Translations under genes and position numbers: made by a program
Source of the DNA: Neovahlkampfia damariscottae
Lineage: Eukaryota
DNA: 64,000 nt
NCBI GenBank assembly: GCA_016618085.1
Contig: JABLTG010000011.1
Location: 124,001 to 188,000, forward strand
Reading direction: 5' to 3'
Notes under the pieces: model-generated
What the model was told of the DNA's origin: nothing
Databases searched by the model: none
Seen by the model: the letters and a program-made list of their open reading frames with translations, nothing else
Part shown: piece after piece, positions 12,763 to 25,221 of the stretch
Position numbering within the stretch: position 1 is the first letter of the stretch
Layout of the letters: each line of letters opens with the position of its first letter

Positions 12763-13037
12763 AATCAGATTTTGATTGGTTTAAATTGCCGCAAGTGGTT
12801 TAACTAAAAACTCATAAATTTATTGAAGTTGCCAGAATTTTTTAGGCAAATGTCCAGTCATGTTCACATCAAGTTTGAATATTATTTGTATGTGACAATT
12901 AAAAGCGACCACTGATGAAAATATAGATTTTTTTGTGGAAAGATTATTGTCATGCTTCAAAAAAACTATGTTAATTAATGATGATTTTGCTCCAAAAAAT
13001 CTGAAGTGTATTTTCAAATTACAAGGTGAAGAATGAA

Positions 13038-16000
13038 TTATTTCTCTAAAGAGTCATGAAATAAACGATACAATGGATCTTTTGTGTCATCTCTTTTTTC
13101 TTGAACAAATGATTTTATCAAATCCAAGATTTCTTTATGGATTTCATCTGACCTTGCTTGTTCTGCAAATTTCTTGAATTTATCTTTTGAACCAAGCATT
13201 TGAGTAACTAGTAGATGAATAAAAATTGTAAAATATCTTACTGAAAATATTCGTCAATTTTGTCTTACATTCTGAGATTTTTGATAATTGATATTTTACA
13301 AAATTTGGAATAATTTTGAATTCTTCAACTTTCTTTTTTCCATTCTCAATAACTTCTAATTTGTGTACCTTGTCCCAATCTGAAGACTTGGTGATGTATT
13401 CTGTTACATATGGTTTGATAATTCGAATATAATTCCCTTGTGTGTCTAAGAAACTGGTCACAGATCCAAATGATTTTCTTAATTTTTGATAAAGAGGTAA
13501 TTTGAAAGTTAAAACCAATTGAGCATTTGCTCTATGTGAATTAACTTCATAAGGATACTGATTTTCTAATTCATCAGGTTTCAAATATGATAATAGATCA
13601 TAATCAACAACCATTGAACTCTTTTCTTTTTCTCTTTCCATTGAATTAAATGCATTGATACAAATATCCAAAGGATAAGGCAAAATGAATTCATATTTAT
13701 ACACAGTTGATTTTGATAGAAAAGATACATTTGGAAAATATAATTTGTTTAAATGATAAGTATTCAATTGTAATTTTGAATTTGAATAAACTAATTTCCA
13801 ATCATAATCTTCTTCCATTAATTTCCCCATAAATACAATATCCATATCAGTGACAATTTCAATTTGAAAATGTTCATCTGTATAAGGAAAATCATGAACT
13901 TCTTTCAACTCAATCAGTGTATTATCTTTGTGATATTTTTCAATTAATTTTTCACTAATTGGACTTCTGATGAATCTTGGAAATGAATCGGCTTGTATTT
14001 CGTTTGAAATGGATCCATACAAATTTTCAAAAACAAGATTTTCATTTTTGATTATCCAAATGTTATTGATGTTTAATTGATCTCCAACTAATTCAAAAAA
14101 ATCATTTTTTGTTTTTCCACTTAAATTTAATTCTTTTTTAGCACCCCCTAAAATGAATAATTCAACAATTTCAAAAAATATTTTTAATTTTTCTGATTTA
14201 TCATTTGTTTCATTATAACGTTGGACTTCAATTAAAAATTCAAATTGTTCTAAAATGTATTCATTTTTTAAGTAATTAGAAAATGCATTATTGAATTCAG
14301 AATTCTTAAAAACAGATGAAAATTTGACATAATATTTTGAAATATCAAATTCTTTTCTTGGTGAAGCCATTGGTTGAGAATTCTTTCGAACACTTTGATT
14401 ATTTCTTGGTGATAATAAATTTCCAAGAAAACTACCAGATGTTGATTTTGATTTGGGATCTTTTTCTTTATTTCTAAAAGTTGGCATCACAAAATTTGAT
14501 TTTAATGATGATTCTAGTGAACCAGACCTTCCTTTCTTTTTTCTTTGTTCATTCAAATTTTTGATTTTGAGAGATCTTGGAGAAACAAATGCATTTGAAG
14601 TTAAAAGTGAAGATGATATTTCTTCATCATTATCTTCTTTTATATCAGACATTTTCAAATTTTTCAAGCTAACAATACGTTGAATTTCTGGTTTTTTAGA
14701 ATCAATTTTCAATTTTGAATAAAAATCATTTTCTTCATTTTTGATTTCTTCAATACTTTTCTTCAAACATTTCATGAATCCTTTGTTGATATCTTTTGAT
14801 TTTTCTGAGAAGAAGTTAATTCAAATAATTTCAAACGTATCACAAAATATGTTGAAAAATTCTTATCTCCAGTATTCCCCATAAAAGCATGAACTATGTA
14901 GATGAATTAAAATATTAAAAACTTTACAATTAATTAATGTATATTGTGTTTCATATTCTGAAACTCTTGTAAATTTTAAAAATGAATAAAATGGTGAATG
15001 ATAATAATCATAAAATTTTGAATTAATATAGCAAGTTTGTTGTTCATTCTTTTTAACATCAGAAACATTCATTGATTTTTTTATTCTAATCCAATTTCCT
15101 TTTTCATCATAAAAAGATGACATTGATTCAAATGATTTTCTTAAATTTGTAAACATTGGATACTTGTAATAAACTTCAAAAAATGCATTTCCTCTTTCAT
15201 ATTTTAATTCTTCTTTTGAATATTTTTCCAATAAGTCTTTGTATGATAAATACTCTTCTTCAATGGAATGAAATAATGTATTTTCCCATTGTTTATATTG
15301 TGAAAAAGAAGTTAACGTGTTCACACAATCATCAATTGAAAATGGTAAAACAGCCTGATACTTGTAACCTTTGACATTTTTGAATAATTCATGTCGTAAA
15401 TAATCATTCTCCACCAATTCAAATGTATTCATATTCAATTTTAAGTTTTGTTGAGCTAGTTTCCAGCTTAGATCATCTTTCACTAGTTGATGGAAAAACT
15501 CTATATCATCTGAGTTTATAATACTTCCAACTTCAAAATTCTTTTCTGAAACTTCAAATTCCTTTGTTCTTTGAGTAAATATATCCAAATTATTTTGATG
15601 CTCTTCAAATATTTCAATAAAGCTCTCTGACCGGATAAACCTCGGAAAGATGATAAAATGTAAATATTTGTAAACTGATGCTTCCAAACGTCCAAATATA
15701 TTTTCTGATTCTAACACCCACTTTTCATTCTGAAGGAGTTGGTGACTATATTTTTCAAGAAACCTGGATTTCAGTTTTTCTTCACAACAGATTTTTTGTT
15801 TTGAATCTTTTGAGATGAAGTTATTGACTATATTTTTAAATAAATCAAGTTTTGATGTATCTTCTTTGGTGTTATGAAATGATTCAACAGCCAGAAGGAA
15901 TTCAAAGGACGCAACGTTTTTTTCAGCTTTCAAAAATTGCTTGAAGTTGTTTTTCATAATGTCCTCATGAAATATTGATTCAAACTTTACATTGTAATCC

Positions 16001-16038
16001 TCTCTTCTCTTTTCTAAATAGTTTGAAGTTCTGTGCAT
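13038..16038 (-). CDS. Tandem (RGS + START-like) x2 protein; single gene joining two track ORFs
   Basis: Two RGS domains (..FPRFIRS), each followed by a similar alpha/beta domain; two short introns at ~14785-14927 link the ORFs in frame; last exon ends TAA 13038. Confidence 0.65.
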
Positions 16039-16187
16039 TTACCCAACGTTTTTTTTCTTGGCAACTCTGATTGGACAAAGAAAAAGTGTAATGACCGTTT
16101 AATAAATTTCTTCTGAAATTACTGTTTTAACACATAATTCTTCGCTATTGATTTTTGACACTGATTTGACAGCCAATCAAAAGGTGC

Positions 16188-16814
16188 ATGGAGGATTTAT
16201 TTTGTTTTTGTGGTGAAGATGGAATTGGAAGATGCTTATTTTGGCCGTTCTGTGAAGTAGACTGTGAAAGTAGCAGTTTTATAGATGACTGTTGCTATGA
16301 AGTCCATGACTGGAGACAAGGTAGTGAAAATAATATTTAAAAATTGGAAAGAAAAATGTGAAAATGTTGTTTCGTGTGATTGTGATGATTATGGCATTGG
16401 TTGCTGCTTTTCAACATATTGTGCTTGTTTTATTACTTGTTGCTGTTCAATTCCAATTTGCTTTTGTATATTAACATTTTTAATTTCTTTGGGTTTGTTT
16501 TTGGTTTGTTTCACACCACCACTGGCCATAATAGTCATGGCCGCTCCATGTTTAAGAGCAGAAGAATATGAAGTTTTTGAATTCTTAGAAAAAAAACGAG
16601 AAAGGGCTGATCCAAGTGACAAAGGTCATAAAGATCCATGGGAAATACTACAAAGTGGTCCTGTTAGAGCTTTTGGTATTTGTTTATTCCTCTGTCTTTT
16701 AGGCTGGTTTCCTGGTATTCCTGTTTTATTCCATTAACCTTTGAAGGTGTAATTTTCGCTTGTTATATGGCATGTTGGCATGTTTACAAATATATTAATG
16801 AAGATTGTTGTTAA
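16188..16814 (+). CDS. Cys-rich membrane protein with Pmp3/UPF0057-like C-terminus
   Basis: PPLAIIV and ICLFLCLLGWFPG|VIFACY motifs; two introns; CCAAT at 16173. Confidence 0.55.
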
Positions 16815-16827
16815 ATTTTTACATAAT

Positions 16828-17321
16828 TTATTTTTCATTTTCTTCTTTTTCTTTCTCCAGATCCACTGAAGAAGGATCTACAAATTCCTCTTTGTCAAAC
16901 CATTTGTAAGTTTCATACTTTTCAAGATCTGAGTATGTATCACCTGTATTTCCTCTTGTGTATTCTATGAAATTTAATGTTTGTCAAATTCGAACCTAAT
17001 TTCAGTCTCATTTTCTGTAAGAAATTTAATTTTTTTTCTTTGTCCAAAGTTTCAATTCTTTGTTCTAGAAGACAATGAAAATAATCTCTCCTTTCAGGAA
17101 CTGCACATTGATTATAACCTAAGTTAAAATTAATTTATTTCAAAGACTGAACCTTTTTCTTTCACACATTCATCCAACGTTTGATAAAATCCTTCACAAA
17201 CTTTGTACATTTCCACACTTTCTTCGTCATCATCATATACTTTTTCTCTCCATTTCAATTGAGGTGATTTTTTTTCTTCCTCATCTTCTTCAACTTTTCG
17301 AAATTTCTTCAACAAGTTCAT
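16828..17321 (-). CDS. Twin-Cys (CHCH-like) small protein
   Basis: CX9C and CX10C pairs after splicing two introns. Confidence 0.45.
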
Positions 17322-17463
17322 TTCATTGGATCAAAAATATTGAATGAAAATTTTGATTTATATTTTTGAAATTAATGATAAAACTGAATATTTTATTCGA
17401 ATAAATTTTAAACAAATCATTTCAGAGTAAACCAATCAGTTTGGTTGAGTTCAACGATAAAAG

Positions 17464-20400
17464 ATGGAGCTTGAAAATGTATCAATTGTCTCAAATCTAG
17501 GTTCTTCCGATGTGAATAGACAAATGTCCGCACTTATTGCCCTTTATCAACAAACTATTGACGGAAAAGACATTCAGAGTTTTATTTCAACAATTATTCA
17601 GGTAACACTTCTTTTTTTTTTTGAATCATTCCAGAGTGTTTTAATTAAAACAAATATAACAAGTATAAAAAAATTATGTTATAATTTGATTGAGTCTGGA
17701 AATCTTGTAAACAAATATGACTGGTTTTTTTTTTTAAAATGTTAATTGTATTTTAGGAGTTATGTAGAGCAACAATTATCAAAAGATATTGTTCAAAAAG
17801 TTGATTTAGATTTAAAAATAACTGCCATTCGATGTTTAGTTCCAATTTATCAAGGAAACACTTCAAAACTAGTTTCTTTTTTGACAAAATATTATACACA
17901 TTTTAAAGTAAAAACAATAAACTAAACCTTTTATTTTTAGGAATGTTTAGAGGAGACAAATTCAAAAACAATGATAAGATGTGGAGTTTTACAAATTTTT
18001 AAGAGTGTTGGACATATTATGAGAATAAGTATGGTTAAAGTTGAACTTGATTTCATAAAACTAATAGGAGAAGATATTTTAAAGTGTATACATGATACAG
18101 ATCAAGAAGTTGCATACAACGCGTTTGAAGTAGTAAGAAAAAGAAATATTTTTAAAAACAAAAATAAAAAGGTTGAAGAAATGATTTGTGGAGATTCATC
18201 TGATCATTTTCATCAAGTTAAATTACCTATTACAATTCCTCAACGAAATTTAGATTGGATATATTTTTTAAAAGATCATTATTCTTCATTACTAGAAAGA
18301 GTTAAAAAAATGAATTTTGAATATAGATTATCATCATTAAAACCATTAACATTTATATCACTTTATATTAAACAATCAGTTGAATTAAAAAAAGAATCAA
18401 CAATAGAACATGGTAAAATAAAAAAAAAATATATTGAACTTTGTTTAATAGATTCAATTAATATCAATCATTTAATTAAACCAATGTTAGATAGTATTGA
18501 TTCATCTATTGTTATAAAAGCATCATATTGTATAATTTTGACAGCTATTGATAAACAAAGTTCATCTGAAATTACATCATGCACAAATAATGATATAAAT
18601 TACGCTATTAATGCTTTAATAACAGTTTTAGAAAGAACAGAATCTGGATATTCAAGAGACAATATAATGAAAGATATTATTAGTACATTGAATTCAGTTA
18701 GAGATAAATTTTCAATTTGTGCAAAATTAATGGAACATGTTAGTTCAATAGTTGATACAGAAACAAGAATGTTAATTCTTTTAACAATTTATAAAACATT
18801 AGTCAAGACAACAATATTTCAAAGATTAAAATTAATTCATACAAATAAAAGATATACATCAAAAGATTCTGATATGAATAAATTAATGAAAGAGGCATAT
18901 ATTGAACATTGTTGGAATTCACCAAGTGATGAATTTGAAGAACAATTAAGATGTGAAATATTATTTTGTTTAGCAAGAGAATTTAGATTAATCATTCCAG
19001 ATATTTCATTGGATGAAACAAAACAAGCTTGGATTCAAGTTGGTATTGAAATATGTGAACAAGCTTTATCTGCATTCATGTGGAAAGCATCAAAATGGCA
19101 AAATGTTTGTCTTTCTGAAGTTGGTAGAATTTTAACTAAATTATGTATTATTTCAAAATCAACAGATTATTTTTCAAAGGTTAATGAAATTTTAGAAGAT
19201 TATTTAAATAATTATACTCAAATGACATCTGAATTTGCACAAATTATGACTATTTCAATATTATCACATTATCTTTCTTTTGAAACTGGAAAAGAATATG
19301 GTGAAATTCTTTATAGTTATTTAATAACATATTTGAATTTTTTGATTAATCAAAACGAAACAAAAGAAAAATTAGATTTTTTATTAAATTCGTTAATAAT
19401 ATTTTGTTCAAGATATACAATAAAATTAAAAGAAACTGTTGAATTTTTAAAGAAATTATCAACCAATGAAAATATAAAAAAAAGTTATTTAAAATTAAAT
19501 TATGCCATGAAATATGATATTTTAAATAAGAATCAAAAAGATAAAGATGTGTAAGATTTATAAAAATATTAAAAATTAAGTGTATTTGGTTCAAATTTAT
19601 CATCTGATCATTTCCTTTTTAAGTCATTTTATTCATTGGAGGATGAAAAAGTATCATTAAGTTATATTTCAGCAAGACAATTTTTGAATACAATTATATC
19701 AAATTTACATTCTGAAGATCCTTATAACTTGAAAGAAATTCAAAATAATTCAAAAATTATAAAAGAAAAAAAGATTAATAAAATAACAAGAAGTAATTCT
19801 AAAACTATATCACTTCCAAGTGATCCATTAATGATTAAAGCATCATATTGTTTATATCCAGAATTGAATAAAATAATGGTTCATGTTAAAATTATGAATA
19901 CATCAACTATTGATATGTATCAAATGAAAGTTGAAATATCAACAGAAGGACCATTCATTTTATTTGATACAAATTTACAACCAATTGAAATTATTGGTGA
20001 TTTTCAACCTGGTTCAACATATGAATGTGAAAGAGAATTCATTTTAAACAAATTCAAATTTTCTTCAATTAATGTAACAATTTATTGTTCTTCATCAAAA
20101 AAATCAATTGATGCTGATTTATTAAAGAATGAACAAAGAGATGATCATGGTTTAATGACAATTAGATGTTCTCCTTTCATTGTTAAATTATTTGATTTTT
20201 TAATTCCACCAAAAAGATTATTACATGAAGACTTTTTAACTTTATGGGAATCGTAAGTGATCATTATTTTTAATATTTTCACTCAAGGTTTACATCTGGA
20301 TTTCATAGAAAAACTATATTCTCTTCAAAATTAGATAAAAAGAGTGCAATTGATGTTGTAATGAGAACAGCACCATTCTCATCAGTTTATCATCAAATGA

Positions 20401-20759
20401 TAAAATTACATGAATATACTATTAAATTATGTTATGCTTCAAGAACTATTTATGGTGATTATATTTTATTGACTGTTATTTGTACACAACATCATTCAAA
20501 TGTTAATATTGTTGATTGGGAATTTAGAACATCTTCTGAGACATCATTGAATACTTTATTAAAAAATGATAAATGGTTCAGAGTATTAACTACAGGAATG
20601 ACTATTTTACAACCAGGTTCAGTTGAAATGGATAATTTTAATTTATTCTCAAATGTGAGAGATGATTTGAGAATTTCAATTCCAATTTCTTATCAAATTG
20701 AAGAATCAAAATTGAATCAAATTTATTTTGAAAGATGGAAATCTTTGAAATCAAAATAA
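17464..20759 (+). CDS. TPLATE: TPLATE (TSET complex beta-like large subunit)
   Basis: N-terminal LGSSDVNRQMSAL..GKDI; appendage SDPLMIKASY..VHVKIMN and IRCSPF..FLTLWE match the TPLATE pattern; several short introns. Confidence 0.75.
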
Positions 20760-20857
20760 ATACTTTTTATTTAAAAATTCATTCAAAAAATGAGAAATCT
20801 ATAAATAAACAATTTCCACCAATAAATACATCACTCAAAACTCAATCAAACACAACC

Positions 20858-21391
20858 ATGTCCACTCAAGCAAAAGCATCAACTGTTGTCTCCCTTCCAA
20901 TTTCTGAAGTATGGAAAGCTATTAGAGACTTCACTTTTCCAGAAAAATTATTAAAAAGCATTATTGAAGGTTGCTCTATGGAAAATTCTGCTTCTCCTCA
21001 TGAAGTTGGTGCTCTCAGAAATATCAAATGGAAAACTGGTGATGAAAGAACAGATAGACTTCTCTGCTTAGATGATCTTCACTATACAGTCTGATTTTTT
21101 TTAAAAATAATATTTTTAGATGATTTGGGAACTAGTCAAAGGAGAATTCGTTGAATCTTCTGCTAAAATATCAACTATTACTTGTACAAGAATCACAGGT
21201 ACTTATTTTATTATTTAATATTTGAAAAGACACCAATTCAACGTAAGTGATGATAATTCAAATTAACCAAAGATAGACTCGTTTCATGGACAACTGATTA
21301 TGCATCTGATGTCAGTGGAAAAACTATCATCTATGACCAAAATTCACATGCAGAATGTTTAGAAGAAATCAAAAAATCACTTTCAAAATAA
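20858..21391 (+). CDS. SRPBCC/polyketide cyclase 2 family protein
   Basis: PISEVWKAIRDF, EVGALR motifs; three introns including a 13-nt micro-exon. Confidence 0.75.
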
Positions 21392-21445
21392 ACATTTGAT
21401 ATTCTTTAAAGAACGTTTGTTAATGTTTGTTAAAAATGAAAGATT

Positions 21446-22213
21446 TTATTTTAAATTTAGATGTGAAAATTGACAATCTTTTCCTTTTTTACACATTCCT
21501 TGTTGATGGAATTTACAAATTTTTACATTTTTCTTTGGTTGAGATTCTCTTTTCTTTGGTTCGAAATCAGGTTTTTTATATTTCAAATTGACATCTCTTT
21601 TTCCAGTGATATCAAATATAGCTCCATCTTCAATCATAGTTTTAACAATTGTTGAAATATTTTTCACATCATCAATCCCTGAATGATGATTGCCATCCAG
21701 TTTTATATTCAATTGATTCAACATTCCCTTCATACCCGTTATTTTCTTTTTATAGAATGAATTATAAACATCTTTAATGTTAATCCATTCACCAAAATGT
21801 GTTGGAATTTGAATATCTGAAATTTGGCATTGATTTGGTATTTGAGTCTTTATGTCCCAATTTCCACATGTTATAAAAGCAAATGACTTTCCTTTTGGAT
21901 TTTTTTCAAATTTTAAATCATTCTTCATCATAAATTCATCAAAATTTGATAAACATTTTTCAAACTTTATTGGATTCTTCCACCATTCTTCTTCTAAACC
22001 CATTTGACCATATTTTCCTTTAATATATTGTCGTATATGGTCTTCATCCATTTTTGTTGGATGGACGTAATGATGGAATATTTGAATCACTTTTTTTTGA
22101 GAAACATCAAAAAGTAATACTGGTAATTCTAGAATTTCTACTTTACCTTCTAAGTCAAGGATACAATAAAAATCAAATGGTTGTTCATTCTCTTTTGAAT
22201 TTAGTTGCTCCAT
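21446..22213 (-). CDS. ERI1-family DEDDh 3'-5' exoribonuclease with C-terminal CCCH zinc finger
   Basis: ILDLEG, TCGNWDI, HHSGIDD; CKFHQQGMCKKGKDCQFSH. Confidence 0.85.
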   Translation of the reverse strand: MEQLNSKENEQPFDFYCILDLEGKVEILELPVLLFDVSQKKVIQIFHHYVHPTKMDEDHIRQYIKGKYGQMGLEEEWWKNPIKFEKCLSNFDEFMMKNDLKFEKNPKGKSFAFITCGNWDIKTQIPNQCQISDIQIPTHFGEWINIKDVYNSFYKKKITGMKGMLNQLNIKLDGNHHSGIDDVKNISTIVKTMIEDGAIFDITGKRDVNLKYKKPDFEPKKRESQPKKNVKICKFHQQGMCKKGKDCQFSHLNLK

Positions 22214-22365
22214 CTTGCTGAACTTTTTATTAGCAAATCAAAATCGAAATTTCTTATTGAATTTGAGGAACATAATTTCAACAAGTTTTTTTGAAAAAAA
22301 TTGACGAAAAAATTTGTTGAGTTTTTTTTATCCAATCATTGAATGAATAAATTCAATTTGCAGCA

Positions 22366-24403
22366 ATGAACTCAAACGAAAGTAGTAGTGGAAGTGATGA
22401 AGAAGAAGAAGTTTCATTTGAACAAATAGAAATAGCTGAACAAACACTGGTGAACAATCCATATGAATTAAAGAATCACATCCAATTCATTGATTTATTG
22501 AGAAAAAGTGGAAATATAGAAAAATTAAAAAAAGCAAAAGAGAACATTGCCAAATATTTCACTTTGAATGATAAAATTTGGATAAAATACATACAAGAAG
22601 AAGAGAATATATCAACAACGAAAGAAGAATTTGAAAATGTTTTAAAACTTTATGAAAGAGCCTTACATGATTTTCAAAGTTGGTTCAAAACAATATAATA
22701 CTAATTATATTCATAGGTATTCAATTATGGACAAATTATTTAAATTTTATTATTGAACATGAAAATAAAATTAAAGAAAGATTTAAAGAAGCCTTTAAAA
22801 TTATTGGAATTCATTTTCAAAAAGGAAATGAAATATTTGAACTTTATAGAGGAATTAAGAACTTAAATGAAGAAGATATAAGAGAATCTTATAAAATTCA
22901 ATTATCCAATCCGCATCAAACTATTGAAAAAACATTTAATGATTATGCAAACTTTGAAAAGAATGAAAAAGAAGTCAAAAAAATAAAAGAAGATATTTAT
23001 TTAAATTGTTTAAATTTAACAAAAGAAAGATTAAAATTTGAAAAATCATTAAAAAAAATTGAAAGTTGGTTTGAATATATTGAATTTGAAAATAATGAGG
23101 AAAGAAAAATATCATTATTTGAAAGATGTTTAATTAAAAATACAAAAAATAATTTAGTTTGGTTGAAGTATATTGAATTATTACAAGAAAATGAAAAGTA
23201 TAATGATTTATTAATGAAGACATTAACACGTGCAATTAAGAATGTTACCAATTCAAATATTATAGTTTTATATATGAATCATTTACAATTGAATTCAAAA
23301 AATGAATTAAAAAATGAAATGAAATTAATATACAAAAGAACATTTAATTTAAAATTTAATTCATTTCAAGATTATTTGAATATATTTATATCATATCTTA
23401 CATTTTTAAAAAATAATTTAAAACAAGAATTCATATTAGAATTGAAACAAGAATTTGAAAATACAATAGGATTCATGAATAAAAGTAAAAAAATGAGAAT
23501 TCTATTTTTAACTTTTTAGATTTTCCTGATTCGGATAGAACATATTCATTGGTTAGATTTTATGCATTTATTTTAACAACAAAATGTAATGAATTGAGTA
23601 TAGCTAAAGAATTATATTTTTCATTAGTTCAAAATAAACCAAATGATTCTTCATTATGGTTTTATTTCATTCAATTTTCAATGTTATATGATTTTCAATC
23701 CATTAGAGAAATATATAATCAAGCTATTTATTTAATTTCATCATATTATCCATTGAAGAGTATTGGTTCAAATTGGATTGAATTTGAAAGAAATTATGGT
23801 GATTTATCATCTTTATTATATGTTGAAAAATTATATTATTCAAAATTGAAAACATTAGAAGAAAATAAAAATGAAGAAAAGAAAGTTGAAAAGAAAGAAG
23901 AAAAAATTGAAAAAAGAAAAAGGGAAGTAACTAATAATGATGATGAAATGAATAAATCAAAGAAATTAAAATTAGATGGTCCAGGGAATGAAAGTTTAAC
24001 TTTGTTTATTTTGAATATTGCTTATACAATGACAGATGATCAACTAAAACAATTATTTGAAGGAAATAATTGTAATGTTAATAGTGTTAGAATAATAAAA
24101 GGTCAAAGAGGAATGCCAAAAGGTTATGGTTATATTGAAATGAATGATATTGAATCTGTTGAAATGGGTTTAAAATTGAACAAGAAAGAAGTTCAAGGAA
24201 GAGTTTTGAAAGTTGAGTTATCAAATAAACCTTTAAATGATGGAAAGAAACAAGAAAATCAGAAAATCAAAGAAAAGAGTTCTGTTGGTGAAAGAAAAAA
24301 GAAAAAATCTTTATTTGGAACATCTGCAATATCAAAAGATGAGAAATTGAATGAAACAAAAGAACCATTGTCCAATGCTGATTTCAAGAAATTTCTTCAA
24401 TAA
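22366..24403 (+). CDS. SART3: SART3/Prp24 U4/U6 snRNP recycling factor
   Basis: HAT repeats, RRM (KGYGYIEM), C-terminal Lsm-interaction motif SNADFKKFL; two introns. Confidence 0.8.
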
Positions 24404-24495
24404 ATTAATTCCAAATATGGCAATGATCAAAAATTGTTGTTGATCTTGATCCTAATAAAAGTGTTCATTTCAATCAAACTGAGATCAGTAGCAAG

Positions 24496-25217
24496 ATGAA
24501 ATTATTTGAACTTCTTTGGTTTGCTTACATAATTGCTGTCTTAACTTCAGATTGTCTGAAATATGATTCATATTTTGATGTCATTTTGTATGGAGATAAA
24601 AAATTATGCATTCCTGATTTTTTTCAAACAGAATTGAAAGAAGAAGCGATGAAACAATTCCACAAAGATTTTGGGTTTAATCTAACTTCACCAGTCCCAG
24701 GTGTTCTTTTTTTGAATTGCAAAATCAATGAACAATTTTCCAGTTTTGTGACTGGAGGTTATTCAGAACAATTGAAATTTAGTAAACCAAAATCTATACT
24801 TATTTTCAAGGCAATTTCCCTTCTTCAAATATCAAAAATTCAGCTCATTTATGGTTTTTGACTGTCACAGCAAAACATGGTGTTCCCCTTCCAAATGATT
24901 CTTCAAAACGAATTACATCCAAAGATTTGATAGCCTATGGAGTAATGAAGCATTTGAATGAAAGTAATATAGAAGTTTTACCACCTACAATCTTTTGGAC
25001 ACCAAAAGCGATCCCAACAGATAAAAAAGGTTCCACTGCTATTGCAGCTGAAATAAAGAATGAAGCATTTGGATCAGGAATAGCAACAGGAAGTCTAATC
25101 CATGATGTCCAACCAGACAAAACAAACATCTTAATGAAGTTAATATCAACGTTTCCATCAACATTAGAAGAATATGATAATATGTATGACAAATGTGTTG
25201 ACATCAAAAAAAAATAA
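24496..25217 (+). CDS. Secreted hypothetical protein
   Basis: Signal-peptide-like N-terminus; one intron ~24782-24810 joins two ORFs. Confidence 0.55.
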
Positions 25218-25221
25218 AAAT

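Noticed and set aside
12912..13004. Possible C/D-box snoRNA (TGATGA ... CTGA)
   Set aside because: Short motifs arise by chance in AT-rich DNA; no convincing terminal stem or guide target identified
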